From an uncultured Anaerolineaceae bacterium (lineage in GTDB: Bacteria; Chloroflexota; Anaerolineae; 4572-78): a stretch of DNA of 38,505 nt. The position numbers and the translations under genes were made by a program. The notes under the pieces are model-generated. The model had not been told where the DNA came from, did not search any database, and was given only the letters and a program-made list of their open reading frames with translations. Shown one piece after another: positions 1-9,028 of the stretch (position 1 is its first letter; each line of letters opens with the position of its first letter). The stretch lies in NCBI GenBank assembly GCA_964570315.1, contig CAZMXX010000002.1:1-38505 (forward strand), given 5' to 3'.

Positions 1-393
1 GTCTTTGTAGGGTCCCGTCTGCCCGTATCCGGTCAGCGAGCAGAAAATCAGGCGCGGATTGATTTCTTTCAGCGCGTCGTAGCCGATGCCCAACCGATCC
101 ATCACGCCGGGGCGAAATTGTTCCAGCACGATATCGTATGTTTCCACCAATGATTTGACGACGTCCACCGCCCCGGGCTGTTTCAAATCCAGGGCGATGG
201 AACGTTTGTTGCGGTTGATGAGCGCGTGCCACGCCGAGATGCCGTCATCAAACGGCGGCATGATGCGCACGATGTCGGGACGGTGGGGCGCTTCGACGCG
301 CAACACGTCCGCGCCCCAATCCGCCAGCAGCATGGTGGCGAAGGGTCCCGGCAGCAGGGTGGAGAAGTCGAGAATTTTCAGCGATGACAGCAT
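1..393 (-). CDS. Family III CoA-transferase (CaiB/BaiF-type), N-terminal part only; gene runs off the left edge
   Basis: Reverse-strand translation from ATG (complement of 391-393) reads [51 protein letters not shown]..., the typical N-terminus of family III CoA-transferases. It is absent from the ORF track because the 3' end leaves the window. It starts 9 nt after the stop of the upstream ligase gene. Confidence 0.8.
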   Translation of the reverse strand, partial: MLSSLKILDFSTLLPGPFATMLLADWGADVLRVEAPHRPDIVRIMPPFDDGISAWHALINRNKRSIALDLKQPGAVDVVKSLVETYDIVLEQFRPGVMDRLGIGYDALKEINPRLIFCSLTGYGQTGPYKD

Positions 394-402
394 CGGTGCG
401 CG

Positions 403-2028
403 TTACCCCAATTCGCCATCGGCGTACCGGCGGCGCAGAATTTTTTTGTCGAATTTGCCGACGCTGGTTTTGGGAATGTCATCAATGAAGACGATTTTGT
501 CCGGCAGCCAGAATTTCGCCACTTTGGGCGCGAGGAATTCGCGCAGGTCATCGGCGGTCACGGCGTCCGCATCCTCGGCGAGCACCACCGCCGCCAGCGG
601 GCGTTCCGCCCATTTTTCATCGGGAATGGCGATGACGGCGGCTTCTTTCACGGCGGGATGCGCCATCAGCGTATTTTCCAACTCCACGCTGGAAATCCAT
701 TCGCCGCCACTTTTGATGAGGTCTTTGGTGCGGTCGGTGATTTGCATGAACCCGTCTTCGCTGATGGTCGCCACATCGCCCGTGCGGAACCAGCCATCGG
801 CGGTGAACTGCTCGGATGCGCCTTCCAGCTTGTAATAATCGCGGATGACCCACGGACCGCGCACCTGCACTTCGCCCATCGTCGTGCCGTCCCACGGCAA
901 TTCTTCCCCTTCATCGTTGACAATGCGAATTTCCACCAGCGGCACGGCGTACCCCTGTTTGGCTTTGATGTCCCACTTTTCGGCATCGGTTAAATCTTGA
1001 TGATGGGCGTGCAATTTCGAGACGGTTCCCAGCGGGGAGGTTTCGGTCATGCCCCAGGCGTGCAGCACGCTGACGTGCAAATTTTTCTCGTATTCTTCGA
1101 TGAGGCTGCGCGGCATCGCCGACCCGCCGACAATCATCGCCCGCACGGAAGAAATATCGCGCGGATTCTTGCGCAGTTCGTGGTACAGCCCCAGCCAGAT
1201 GGTGGGCACACCGGCGGCAACGGTGATTTTCTCGGTGGCGATGATGTCCGCGAGGGGTTCCGGTTTGAGGTGCGGACCGGGCATGAACATCTCCGCGCCG
1301 GAATAGGCGCAGGCGTAGGGCAGCCCCCACGCCATCGCGTGGAATTGCGGAACGACCATCAGCACGCGGTCGGATTCGGTCAGCCCCAGCGCATTCGCCT
1401 GATTTTCGCCGATGGTGTGCAGGAACATCGAGCGGTGGCTGTAGAGCGCGCCCTTCGGGTTGCCGGTGGTGCCGCTGGTGTAGCACATCCCCATGGCGGT
1501 ATTTTCGTCGAGGGTGAGCCACTCGAATTCGTCGCTGGCTTCCGCCATCAAATCCTCATAATGGAGGACGTTGGGCAGTTTGGTTTCAATCCCTTTGGGC
1601 GCATTAATCAGCACATAATGTTCCACCGTTTTAATTTTGTCGGCGACCCGTTCATACAGGGGCAGCAGCGTGGCATCAATGAACACCACTTTGTCTTCGG
1701 CATGGTTCACCACAAATGCCAATTGTTCCGGGAACAGGCGGATGTTCAACGTGTGGCACACCGCGCCGAGCGCCGGAATCCCGAAATACATTTCCACGTG
1801 TTGGTAGGTGTTCCACGCAAATGTGCCCACCCGGTCGCCTTCTTTCACGCCGAGGTTCTTCAGCACATTCGCCAGCCGTTGCACCCGTTTGTACAGGTCG
1901 GCATAGGTGTAACGGTGGATGGAGCCGTCGGGCATTTTGGTGGAAATTCGTTTGTGGGGGTACATCCGGTTGGCGTGCGCCAAAATCCGGTCGAGCGTGA
2001 GCGGGTAATTCATCATTAAGCCTTGCAT
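403..2028 (-). CDS. AMP-dependent acyl-CoA synthetase / fatty-acid--CoA ligase
   Basis: AMP-binding signatures [12 protein letters not shown] and DGWFRTGD are present. Start set to the ATG at 2028 ([10 protein letters not shown]), 8 nt after AAGGAG. The first codon of the track ORF is a TTG lying just 5' of and overlapping that RBS. Confidence 0.85.
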   Translation of the reverse strand: MQGLMMNYPLTLDRILAHANRMYPHKRISTKMPDGSIHRYTYADLYKRVQRLANVLKNLGVKEGDRVGTFAWNTYQHVEMYFGIPALGAVCHTLNIRLFPEQLAFVVNHAEDKVVFIDATLLPLYERVADKIKTVEHYVLINAPKGIETKLPNVLHYEDLMAEASDEFEWLTLDENTAMGMCYTSGTTGNPKGALYSHRSMFLHTIGENQANALGLTESDRVLMVVPQFHAMAWGLPYACAYSGAEMFMPGPHLKPEPLADIIATEKITVAAGVPTIWLGLYHELRKNPRDISSVRAMIVGGSAMPRSLIEEYEKNLHVSVLHAWGMTETSPLGTVSKLHAHHQDLTDAEKWDIKAKQGYAVPLVEIRIVNDEGEELPWDGTTMGEVQVRGPWVIRDYYKLEGASEQFTADGWFRTGDVATISEDGFMQITDRTKDLIKSGGEWISSVELENTLMAHPAVKEAAVIAIPDEKWAERPLAAVVLAEDADAVTADDLREFLAPKVAKFWLPDKIVFIDDIPKTSVGKFDKKILRRRYADGELG

Positions 2029-2177
2029 ACAACAATCTCCTTTCAAGTGAAAACAGTTTTACACCACCGCCAAAATGGTCGGTGAAAGAATGCCGCAAAT
2101 GGGGATAGCCGGACGGCTCGAGAATAATTTCTACGTTGGAATTACAACTATTCGGTTGCGATACTGAACCGGGATTA

Positions 2178-2206
2178 ATTATAAGAGCATCGGGGCAGAT
2201 GGGCAA
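2178..2206 (-). promoter_or_regulatory. sigma70-type promoter candidate for the acyl-CoA ligase operon
   Basis: Minus strand reads TTGCCC, 17 nt, TATAAT (complement of 2201-2206 and 2178-2183). This implies a 5' UTR of about 140 nt. Confidence 0.45.
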
Positions 2207-2323
2207 CTTTTAACCCGATGTTGGGTGTAGTTCAATTTGAGGGCAGACTTGGAAAAAATTCGCCACCGTGTCCGCAAATGCACCGGGTTTTCGCCTCGAA
2301 TTAAAATTCAAGGCTCAGAACTT

Positions 2324-2373
2324 AAGCCGACTTAAGTCGGCTTGGGCTTTTAGCCCGGAAATTCATTTCCGGG
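2324..2373 (-). terminator. Cluster of three adjacent GC hairpins downstream of the chlI-like gene
   Basis: Perfect palindrome AAGCCGACTTAAGTCGGCTT (2324-2343), GGGC-TTTTA-GCCC (2344-2356) and CCCGGAAA-TTCA-TTTCCGGG (2354-2373). There is no strong U-tract. Confidence 0.35.
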
Positions 2374-2408
2374 TTAAAATTCACCCCAAAACTGAAACGC
2401 CTCCGATG

Positions 2409-3545
2409 TTACAACTTGCCATTGATGACGGTTTGGATGGCGCGGTCGGTTTCGGTTTCGTTGGAAATATATGCGGTGATGAAGGGACTTTCGCGGTGAC
2501 GGAGCGCCATCGGGGCGACGGTGCGCAGGTCGTCGAGGGTGGCGACCTCCCGCTCGTCGAGTGCGGCGTGGGCGCGGGCGGCTTCCAGCATGGCAATTTC
2601 GGCGCGGTGGCTTTCGATGTGCAGCGCCTGCACCCAGCGCAAGCCGGTTTCTTCCACGCCGGGTGCGAAGGTCACATGCCGCAGACGGGCGCGGGCGGCT
2701 TGGATGTCGGCGGAGGCTTGCGCGGTTTCTGCCTGCCACTGTGCGGAATAATGATGCCGGTTTTGCTGGTATGCGCTGGCGCGGCGATACGCCTCCAGCC
2801 GTTCGGCGGGGTCTGCCAGCCCCTTGACCACCACTCGCAGCCCGAATCGGTCTTGGATTTGCGGGCGCAATTTGCCCTCTTCGGGGTTCATCGACCCCAC
2901 CAGAAAAAGGCGCGATTGGTAGGTGGCGGTCATCGGTCCCCGCCGCACGGTGAACATCCCCTGCGCGGCGGCATCCAAAATGGCGTTAATGATGCCGTCA
3001 TCCAGCAGATTCACCTCATCAATATACAGCACATTCTGGTCGGCGTAACTCAAAATGCCGCGCTGAAGCTGAACTTTCTGCTGTTCAATCGCCACCCGTT
3101 CATTGATGCCGCCGACCACATCCTCCAACCGGCTGTTGAGCGGCAACTCAATCAGCCGCATCGGTTCCGTGGCGGTGAGTTTTTCGCCACCGGCGTATTT
3201 TTTGGCGCAATTGGTGCAGATGGCATCAATCCCCAGATTTTCCACCGCCTGCTCGGTGCAGCCATAACCACAAAGACTGCGCGTAACCATCGGCATGAGT
3301 TCCACCAGCCCGCGCACCGCCGTGGTTTTGCCCGTGCCGCGCGGACCAATCAGCAACACGCCGCCCACATGTCGGTTCACCAGCGACAGCAACAGCGCGA
3401 GTTTCATTTCGGTTTGCCCCACCAGCGATAAAAACGGAAAGCGGGTATTGTCGGCAAGCCCCTGGTCATCCAGCGGTGCTTTGATTACTTTCTGCGCCAC
3501 GCTGTGTTGGCGCAAAATATCCATCAAATGAGATTTCGGGGTCAT
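2409..3545 (-). CDS. Mg-chelatase subunit I-like AAA+ ATPase (ChlI/BchI family)
   Basis: Walker A GPRGTGKTT, Walker B VLYIDEVNLL and the MNPEEG...RPQIQDRFG region are typical of ChlI/BchI. Start set to ATG 3545 (MTPKSHLMDIL); the longer track ORF would overlap fabH. Confidence 0.8.
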   Translation of the reverse strand: MTPKSHLMDILRQHSVAQKVIKAPLDDQGLADNTRFPFLSLVGQTEMKLALLLSLVNRHVGGVLLIGPRGTGKTTAVRGLVELMPMVTRSLCGYGCTEQAVENLGIDAICTNCAKKYAGGEKLTATEPMRLIELPLNSRLEDVVGGINERVAIEQQKVQLQRGILSYADQNVLYIDEVNLLDDGIINAILDAAAQGMFTVRRGPMTATYQSRLFLVGSMNPEEGKLRPQIQDRFGLRVVVKGLADPAERLEAYRRASAYQQNRHHYSAQWQAETAQASADIQAARARLRHVTFAPGVEETGLRWVQALHIESHRAEIAMLEAARAHAALDEREVATLDDLRTVAPMALRHRESPFITAYISNETETDRAIQTVINGKL

Positions 3546-3654
3546 GCAGATGCTCCTATGCGTGCGACAGGCGTTGCAGATACCATAGCACAAATTCCAA
3601 CTTCTTTCAACCGGGGCGCAAAAAAAACCGGGGCGATGGTCGCCCCGGTTCGGG

Positions 3655-4929
3655 TTATTTTTTCTCGATGGGTTTTTCCGGGATTTTGGATGCACTTTCT
3701 TTCCCGTTCAGCCCGTTTTTCCCGGATGTACCGTTGGCGTCGGGGGGGAGTGGCGGCACATTGCTATCCTTCTCCGGTGTTTTTTCCGGATTGATGTACG
3801 GGATGGGGGGCAGTTTGCGGTGCGCCAGATAATTTTCAATCCCCAAAATGAACCAATACAATTTTGAGGTGAACCGTGCCCAGCGATACAGTACCCAACG
3901 CAATCCTTTGTACCATGTTTGCCGTTGCTGATAGGGCACGGGCAATCCCCATTTGACCACGGTGGCGCCCCATGTCAGCCCCGCGCCAAAGCCGACGAAG
4001 ACCAGATTGTCCCCGTCGCGGACGCGCCCGGTTTGGATGGCTTCACACAGCGCAATGGGGATGGATGCCGATGAGGTGTTGCCGTAGCGCTGCAAATTCT
4101 GAAAAACCTTGCTTTCATCCAGCTTCAAATATTTTGCCGCCGATTTGATGATGCGGGCATTCGCTTGATGCGGGATGAACAAATCAATGTCATCCAGCGC
4201 GATGCCCCCTTTTTCCACCGCTTCTTTTGCCGCGCGCCCCATCACCCGGGTGGCGAATTTATACACTTCGGGTCCGTTCATTTTGATGAAGTGTTCGCGG
4301 TTTTTCACGGTTTCGAGGGAGGTGGGCAGTTTGCTCCCGCCGCCGGGAACCATCAGATGCTTGCCGCCGCCGCCATCGGAACCGAGCACGGTGGCGAGCA
4401 CGCCGCCCGGCTCGTCGCTGGCTTGCAGCACCACCGCCCCCGCGCCATCCCCAAACAGCACGCAGGTTGAGCGGTCTTCCCAGTCAACAATGCGCGACAA
4501 CGTTTCCGACCCGATGACCACCACAATTTTCGACTGCCCCCCTTTTATCATCCCCGCGCCCAGCGTCAGCCCGTAAACGAAGCCGCTGCATCCGGCATTC
4601 ACATCCACCGCACCGGCGCCTTTCGCTCCCAATGCTTCCTGCACCAAACATGCCGTGGCGGGGAAGGGGTATTCCGGCGAAACGGTCGCCACAATGACCA
4701 TATCCACGTCCGACGGGTTGATGCGGGCGCGGTCGAGCGCTTCCTGCGCGGCGATGATTGCCATGCTGGCGGTGGTTTCTTTCTCGGTGGCAATGTGTCG
4801 CTGACGGATGCCCGTGCGCGAGCGAATCCATTCGTCCGAGGTGTCTACAATTTTTGCCAAATCTTCATTGGTGATGACCGTCTCCGGGGCGTACATTCCC
4901 CAGCCAACGATGTGTGCATATATATCCAT
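3655..4929 (-). CDS. fabH: 3-oxoacyl-ACP synthase III with an ~97-aa C-terminal extension
   Basis: N-terminus VDTSDEWIRSRTGIRQRH; catalytic Cys in NAGCSGFVYGL, His in PHQANARI, Asn in GNTSSASIP. The core ends near GLTWGATVVKW, then an extra tail follows. Confidence 0.85.
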   Translation of the reverse strand: MDIYAHIVGWGMYAPETVITNEDLAKIVDTSDEWIRSRTGIRQRHIATEKETTASMAIIAAQEALDRARINPSDVDMVIVATVSPEYPFPATACLVQEALGAKGAGAVDVNAGCSGFVYGLTLGAGMIKGGQSKIVVVIGSETLSRIVDWEDRSTCVLFGDGAGAVVLQASDEPGGVLATVLGSDGGGGKHLMVPGGGSKLPTSLETVKNREHFIKMNGPEVYKFATRVMGRAAKEAVEKGGIALDDIDLFIPHQANARIIKSAAKYLKLDESKVFQNLQRYGNTSSASIPIALCEAIQTGRVRDGDNLVFVGFGAGLTWGATVVKWGLPVPYQQRQTWYKGLRWVLYRWARFTSKLYWFILGIENYLAHRKLPPIPYINPEKTPEKDSNVPPLPPDANGTSGKNGLNGKESASKIPEKPIEKK

Positions 4930-4940
4930 ACAACACGCTC

Positions 4941-6200
4941 CTAATTTTGATTATGCCCATTGCCGGTATATTTTTTCAGCATGATAGTGGCATTGTGTCC
5001 GCCAAATCCAAAGGAGTTGGACATGGTGACGGTGACTGCGCGTTTTTCAGGATGGTTGGGCGTGTAATACAAATCGCATTCCGGGTCCTGATTGTGCAGG
5101 TTGATGGTGGGGGGGATGGTTTGGGTTTGCAGGGCTTTGGCGCAGATGAGCGCTTCCAGTGCGCCCGCGCCGCCGAGCAGATGCCCCGTCATTGATTTGG
5201 TGGAACTGATGGCGATATTATAGGCATGTTCGCCCAACACGGTTTTGATGGCTCTGGTTTCTGCCACGTCATTGAAACGGGTGGCTGTGCCGTGCGCGTT
5301 GATGTAACTCACCGCTTCCGGTGCGACGTTCGCCCGCCGCAGCGCCGCTTTCATCGCCAAACTCGCGCCACTGCCGTCGGCGAGGGGCGCCGCCATGTTG
5401 TCCGCGTCCACCGATGTGCCGTATCCGATGACCTCCGCGTAAATGTGCGCCTTGCGGGCGAGTGCATGTTCCAGCTCTTCCAGCACCAGCGTTGCCGCAC
5501 CTTCCGATGCCACAAAACCGTCGCGGGTGCTGTCGAAGGGACGGCACGAGGTGGCGGGGTCGTCGTTGCGGGTGGAAAAGGCTTTCATAATGGAAAACCC
5601 GGCGAAGATGAGTGGCACAATCAGCGAATCCGCGCCGCCGGCGATGATGGCATCGGCACTGCCGCGCGCCACCATCTCGAAGGCTTCCCCCACCGCGTTG
5701 GTTCCGCTGGCGCACGCCGAAACCACCGCCATGGATGGTCCCTGAAAGCGATATTCAATCGCCAGTTGCGCCGCCGCCGTGTTGGGCAATATCATCGGGA
5801 TGAAAAACGGGCTGACCCGCCGCACGCCCTTTTTCTGCAAAACCGTGTGCTGCTGCAAAATGGTTTGCAGCCCGCCAATGCCCGACCCCAGCACCGTGCC
5901 GATGCGGGTGCGGTCGGGCGACGCTTCCAAAATGCCCGCGTCTGCGATGGCTTGCCGCCCCGCCGCCAGCGCAAATTGCGTGAAACGGTCCATTCGCCGG
6001 GCTTCTTTTCGCCCGAACAGCGCCACCGGGTCAAAATCCTTCACTTCGCCCCCGAAGCGCGTGCCAAAGCCGGTGGGGTCGAAATGGGTGATGGTGTCGA
6101 TGCCTGATTTTCCTGCCAGTAAATTTTCCCACGTGGTTGCTACATCATTGCCCAATGGATTGACCGTTCCTAAACCGGTCACGACCACTCGTTTCGTCAT
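4941..6200 (-). CDS. fabF: 3-oxoacyl-ACP synthase II
   Basis: MTKRVVVTGLG start, active-site ACASGT, HGTAT and GHLLGGAG motifs. It lies 11 nt upstream of fabH. Confidence 0.9.
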   Translation of the reverse strand: MTKRVVVTGLGTVNPLGNDVATTWENLLAGKSGIDTITHFDPTGFGTRFGGEVKDFDPVALFGRKEARRMDRFTQFALAAGRQAIADAGILEASPDRTRIGTVLGSGIGGLQTILQQHTVLQKKGVRRVSPFFIPMILPNTAAAQLAIEYRFQGPSMAVVSACASGTNAVGEAFEMVARGSADAIIAGGADSLIVPLIFAGFSIMKAFSTRNDDPATSCRPFDSTRDGFVASEGAATLVLEELEHALARKAHIYAEVIGYGTSVDADNMAAPLADGSGASLAMKAALRRANVAPEAVSYINAHGTATRFNDVAETRAIKTVLGEHAYNIAISSTKSMTGHLLGGAGALEALICAKALQTQTIPPTINLHNQDPECDLYYTPNHPEKRAVTVTMSNSFGFGGHNATIMLKKYTGNGHNQN

Positions 6201-6442
6201 ACTTGCTCCCTAAAAACCAAAAATTGAAAGGCGGGGATGTTCCCCCATGCCCTTTATTTCCATTTTACGATGAGATGAATCACCGCCCGTATTCACATCT
6301 CTGTCGCCGGGGAAAAGATTCAGCTTTCTCAAAAATACAACACATCTGCCAAACAAAGGGTACGCTATTTTAATCTTGGCGGTTGGGTATTTCCCCTCGA
6401 CGGGCGTATAATGGACGCGAATTGTGAAACGGAGACCCTGCC

Positions 6443-7651
6443 ATGGATATAGCGTTACCCTATCTGACCCAAGATTTGCCCGGCATTGGCGGGCAAATAA
6501 AATCCACCCCCGCCGACTTTTTTGTGGAAGAGATTCCGCTCTACCCCCCCAGCGGCGAGGGTCAGCACGTTTACATCACCCTTGAAAAGACGAATTTACC
6601 CACCCTGAAGGTCATCAACATGGTGGCGCGGGCGTTGCGGGTGCAGCGCAAAGCGGTGGGCTATGCCGGGCTGAAGGATGCACACGCCGTCACCCGCCAA
6701 ACGCTTTCGGTGGATGGCACCACCGAAGAGGCGGCGCGGGCGCTCGATATTCCGGGGGTGAAAATTTTGCAGGTCTCCCGACATCGCAACAAGCTCAAAC
6801 CGGGGCACGCGCTCGGCAACCGCTTTGTCATTCGGGTGCGTGGGGTGACGGAAGAGGCATTGCCCGCCGCCGAAGCCATCGTCGCGGAGTTGCGGGCGAA
6901 AGGCGTGCCGAATTATTTTGGCGAACAACGTTTCGGACACCGGCAAAATTCGCAGTGGCTGGGCAAAGCGCTGGTGCAGAAAGATTTGGATACGTTTTTG
7001 CGGGAAATGCTCGGCAACCCGCACCCCTCCGAAGCGTTGCCGGCACAAAAAGCACGGGCATTGTTCGACGCCGGCGATTATGATGCCGCACTGGACGCTT
7101 TCCCGTCGTTTTTGCGGGATGAACGCGCCGTATTGCGACAATTGGTGCGCACCGGCGACCCCCAACGGGCGGTGCGCGCGCTCGATAGGCGGCTCAAGCG
7201 GCTGTTCGTTTCGGCGTATCAATCGTATCTGTTCAACATTTTGCTGGCACAGCGATTGACCCATTTCCACCGGCTGGAAAAAGGGGATGTGGCGTGGCTA
7301 CATCGCAACGGGGCGTGTTTTTTGGTGGATGATGTTTTGTCGGCGCAACCCCGCGCCGATGCCTTTGAAATCAGTCCGGCGGGACCTTTGTTCGGGGGGA
7401 AATATCTGCGGGCGGAAGGCGAGCCGGGCGCGCGCGAAGCGGCGTTGCTGGCACAGGAAGGTGTGTCGGCAAAAGAATTCGATGTGCCGGGCGTGAATCT
7501 CGGCGGCGGGCGGCGTCCGTACCGCATCCCGCTCACCGATGCCAAATTGTGGTGGGATGACGGGGTGATGATTTCATTCTCTCTGCCGCCGGGGGCGTAT
7601 GCCACTATGGTATTGCGGGAAATCATGAAAACCGAGACGCATCCTTCGTAA
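6443..7651 (+). CDS. truD: tRNA pseudouridine(13) synthase TruD
   Basis: Shows PADFFVEE, GEGQHVY, catalytic-Asp box AGLKDAHAVT and GVPNYFGEQRFG, collinear with E. coli TruD from memory. Confidence 0.85.
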   Translation: MDIALPYLTQDLPGIGGQIKSTPADFFVEEIPLYPPSGEGQHVYITLEKTNLPTLKVINMVARALRVQRKAVGYAGLKDAHAVTRQTLSVDGTTEEAARALDIPGVKILQVSRHRNKLKPGHALGNRFVIRVRGVTEEALPAAEAIVAELRAKGVPNYFGEQRFGHRQNSQWLGKALVQKDLDTFLREMLGNPHPSEALPAQKARALFDAGDYDAALDAFPSFLRDERAVLRQLVRTGDPQRAVRALDRRLKRLFVSAYQSYLFNILLAQRLTHFHRLEKGDVAWLHRNGACFLVDDVLSAQPRADAFEISPAGPLFGGKYLRAEGEPGAREAALLAQEGVSAKEFDVPGVNLGGGRRPYRIPLTDAKLWWDDGVMISFSLPPGAYATMVLREIMKTETHPS

Positions 7652-7669
7652 AAAAACCTGCAACGCAGG
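7650..7669 (-). terminator. Weak hairpin plus U-tract after the STAS gene (A-tract on the plus strand; possibly bidirectional with truD)
   Basis: CCTGC-AAC-GCAGG (7657-7669) is flanked by A7 on the plus strand, which is U7 on the minus strand. The stem is only 5 bp. Confidence 0.3.
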
Positions 7670-7688
7670 ACGGATGGGGCAGGGGGAA

Positions 7689-8042
7689 TTATGACAGGGC
7701 GGCGGTGGCTTCATCCAGCGACGGGAAAATGTCGGCATATTGACTCAGCCCCACCATACGGAAAATTTTTTGAAAATGGGTGCTGGGCATCGCCAGCAAT
7801 AGCCGTTGTTTCCGCTTTTTCACTTCCCCCACAATGCTAATCAGCACCGCGATACCGGCGCTGTTGATGTAATCGTTCTCGCGGAAATGGATGATGATGT
7901 TCGTGCAATCGTTTTTGCTCGCCGAGCGATAGGCGTTTTTCACGGCAGTTTCCGCGAACATTGTCACATCACCCGCCAAATGGATGACGGCAGTGGTGCT
8001 GTTTAATTGTTCAACATTCACAGAAAGATCATTTTCCATCAT
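7689..8042 (-). CDS. STAS-domain anti-sigma-factor antagonist (SpoIIAA/RsbV-like)
   Basis: 117 aa with the phosphorylatable-Ser context YINSAGIAVL and typical STAS length. It overlaps the upstream kinase gene by 4 nt. Confidence 0.8.
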   Translation of the reverse strand: MMENDLSVNVEQLNSTTAVIHLAGDVTMFAETAVKNAYRSASKNDCTNIIIHFRENDYINSAGIAVLISIVGEVKKRKQRLLLAMPSTHFQKIFRMVGLSQYADIFPSLDEATAALS

Positions 8043-8497
8043 ACATTCCTCCGCGAGGGCACATACATCACCATGTGAAACCGATTGCCGCGCCGGGGGG
8101 CGGCGGCGGGCAAAAATTCGGCTTCATCCATCAATTTTTGAATCAGATACAAACCCATACCGCCCAAACGGGCTTCGCCGGACACCATTTTGTGAATATC
8201 CGGGGTGGTAATGGACGCCGGCGGGGGCGATACACCGGCATCTTCCACAATGATGTCTAATTTTTGGGGCGTGGTTTTCACTGTAACGGTCACATCACAT
8301 GTTGTTTCGGGCGGGCAACCGTGCGCGATGGCGTTGGTGCAGGCTTCGGCGAGCGCTAATTTTATGTCGTCCACCCGTTCCGGGGGGAAGCCCAATTCTT
8401 TCGCCAGCAAAACTACCGCATCGAGCGCCATGCGCTCTGCGCCAAGTTTGTTGGGAAAGGTTAAAATTTGAACCCGCATCTCACGGGAAGGCGGCAT
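8039..8497 (-). CDS. Anti-sigma regulatory factor, Ser protein kinase (RsbW/SpoIIAB-like HATPase_c)
   Basis: N-box EACTNAIAHG, G1 VEDAG and G2 GGMGLYLI in 152 aa. Confidence 0.8.
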   Translation of the reverse strand: MPPSREMRVQILTFPNKLGAERMALDAVVLLAKELGFPPERVDDIKLALAEACTNAIAHGCPPETTCDVTVTVKTTPQKLDIIVEDAGVSPPPASITTPDIHKMVSGEARLGGMGLYLIQKLMDEAEFLPAAAPRRGNRFHMVMYVPSRRNV

Positions 8498-8525
8498 ATA
8501 AAACTCCGAGTTTCAGGCTGCAAAA

Positions 8526-8554
8526 ATTATATCACAACTGCAAACAAAAATAAA
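8526..8554 (-). promoter_or_regulatory. Extended -10 promoter candidate for the rsbW-like/STAS operon
   Basis: Minus strand reads TGaTATAAT with a weak -35 (TTTATT) 17 nt upstream. CGGAG RBS and ATG 8497 follow. Confidence 0.35.
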
Positions 8555-8646
8555 CCGGCAATTTTTGAAACTCATCTGCGAAATTCGTAACTTCTATTTA
8601 ATCGGCGTGTTCCAATTATTGGCATCCGATGGATGTTGTCTGCGCG

Positions 8647-8675
8647 TTGACAATATGTCGGCGGACTGGTAGAAT
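8647..8675 (+). promoter_or_regulatory. sigma70-type promoter candidate for acpP
   Basis: TTGACA (8647-8652), 17 nt, TAGAAT (8670-8675). Confidence 0.5.
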
Positions 8676-8723
8676 GGCTAAACTCAAAATATTTGCACAC
8701 TTGTTATAGTGGAGGGTATTTAA

Positions 8724-8963
8724 ATGAATCAAGACGAAGTATTTGCGAAAGTGAAAGACATTGTTATTGACCAACTCGGCATTGAAGAGGACAAAGTAAC
8801 TATGTCCGCCAGCTTTAAGAATGATTTGGAAGCCGATTCGCTCGATTTGGTTGAACTTATCATGGCGTTCGAGGAAGAATTCGGCGGCGAAATTTCCGAC
8901 GAAGAAGCTCAGAACATCACCACCGTGGGCGAAGCCGTAAAATATTTGCTTGCCAACTCGTAA
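8724..8963 (+). CDS. acpP: Acyl carrier protein
   Basis: 79 aa with the phosphopantetheine site [29 protein letters not shown] upstream. Confidence 0.95.
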   Translation: MNQDEVFAKVKDIVIDQLGIEEDKVTMSASFKNDLEADSLDLVELIMAFEEEFGGEISDEEAQNITTVGEAVKYLLANS

Positions 8964-8997
8964 ATTTGCCAGTTTGAATATTCTGTTTAAGCTTAAG

Positions 8998-9026
8998 CCC
9001 GTATCTTTTTGGATGCGGGTTTTTTT
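8998..9026 (+). terminator. Intrinsic terminator after acpP
   Basis: CCCGTATC-TTTTTG-GATGCGGG followed by T7. Confidence 0.7.
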
Positions 9027-9028
9027 CT

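Noticed and set aside
86-835. 249-aa plus-strand ORF at the left edge
   Set aside because: It overlaps the minus-strand CoA-transferase and acyl-CoA ligase genes, and its Ser/Arg/Ala-rich translation has no motif.
2268-3431. 387-aa plus-strand ORF opposite the chlI-like gene
   Set aside because: It is a shadow ORF. The minus strand carries Walker A/B and other ChlI motifs.
3546-3695. N-terminal 50-aa extension of the chlI-like ORF
   Set aside because: It would overlap the 3' end of fabH by 41 nt and is Arg/Asn/Pro/Cys-rich. The ATG at 3545 gives a normal ChlI N-terminus.
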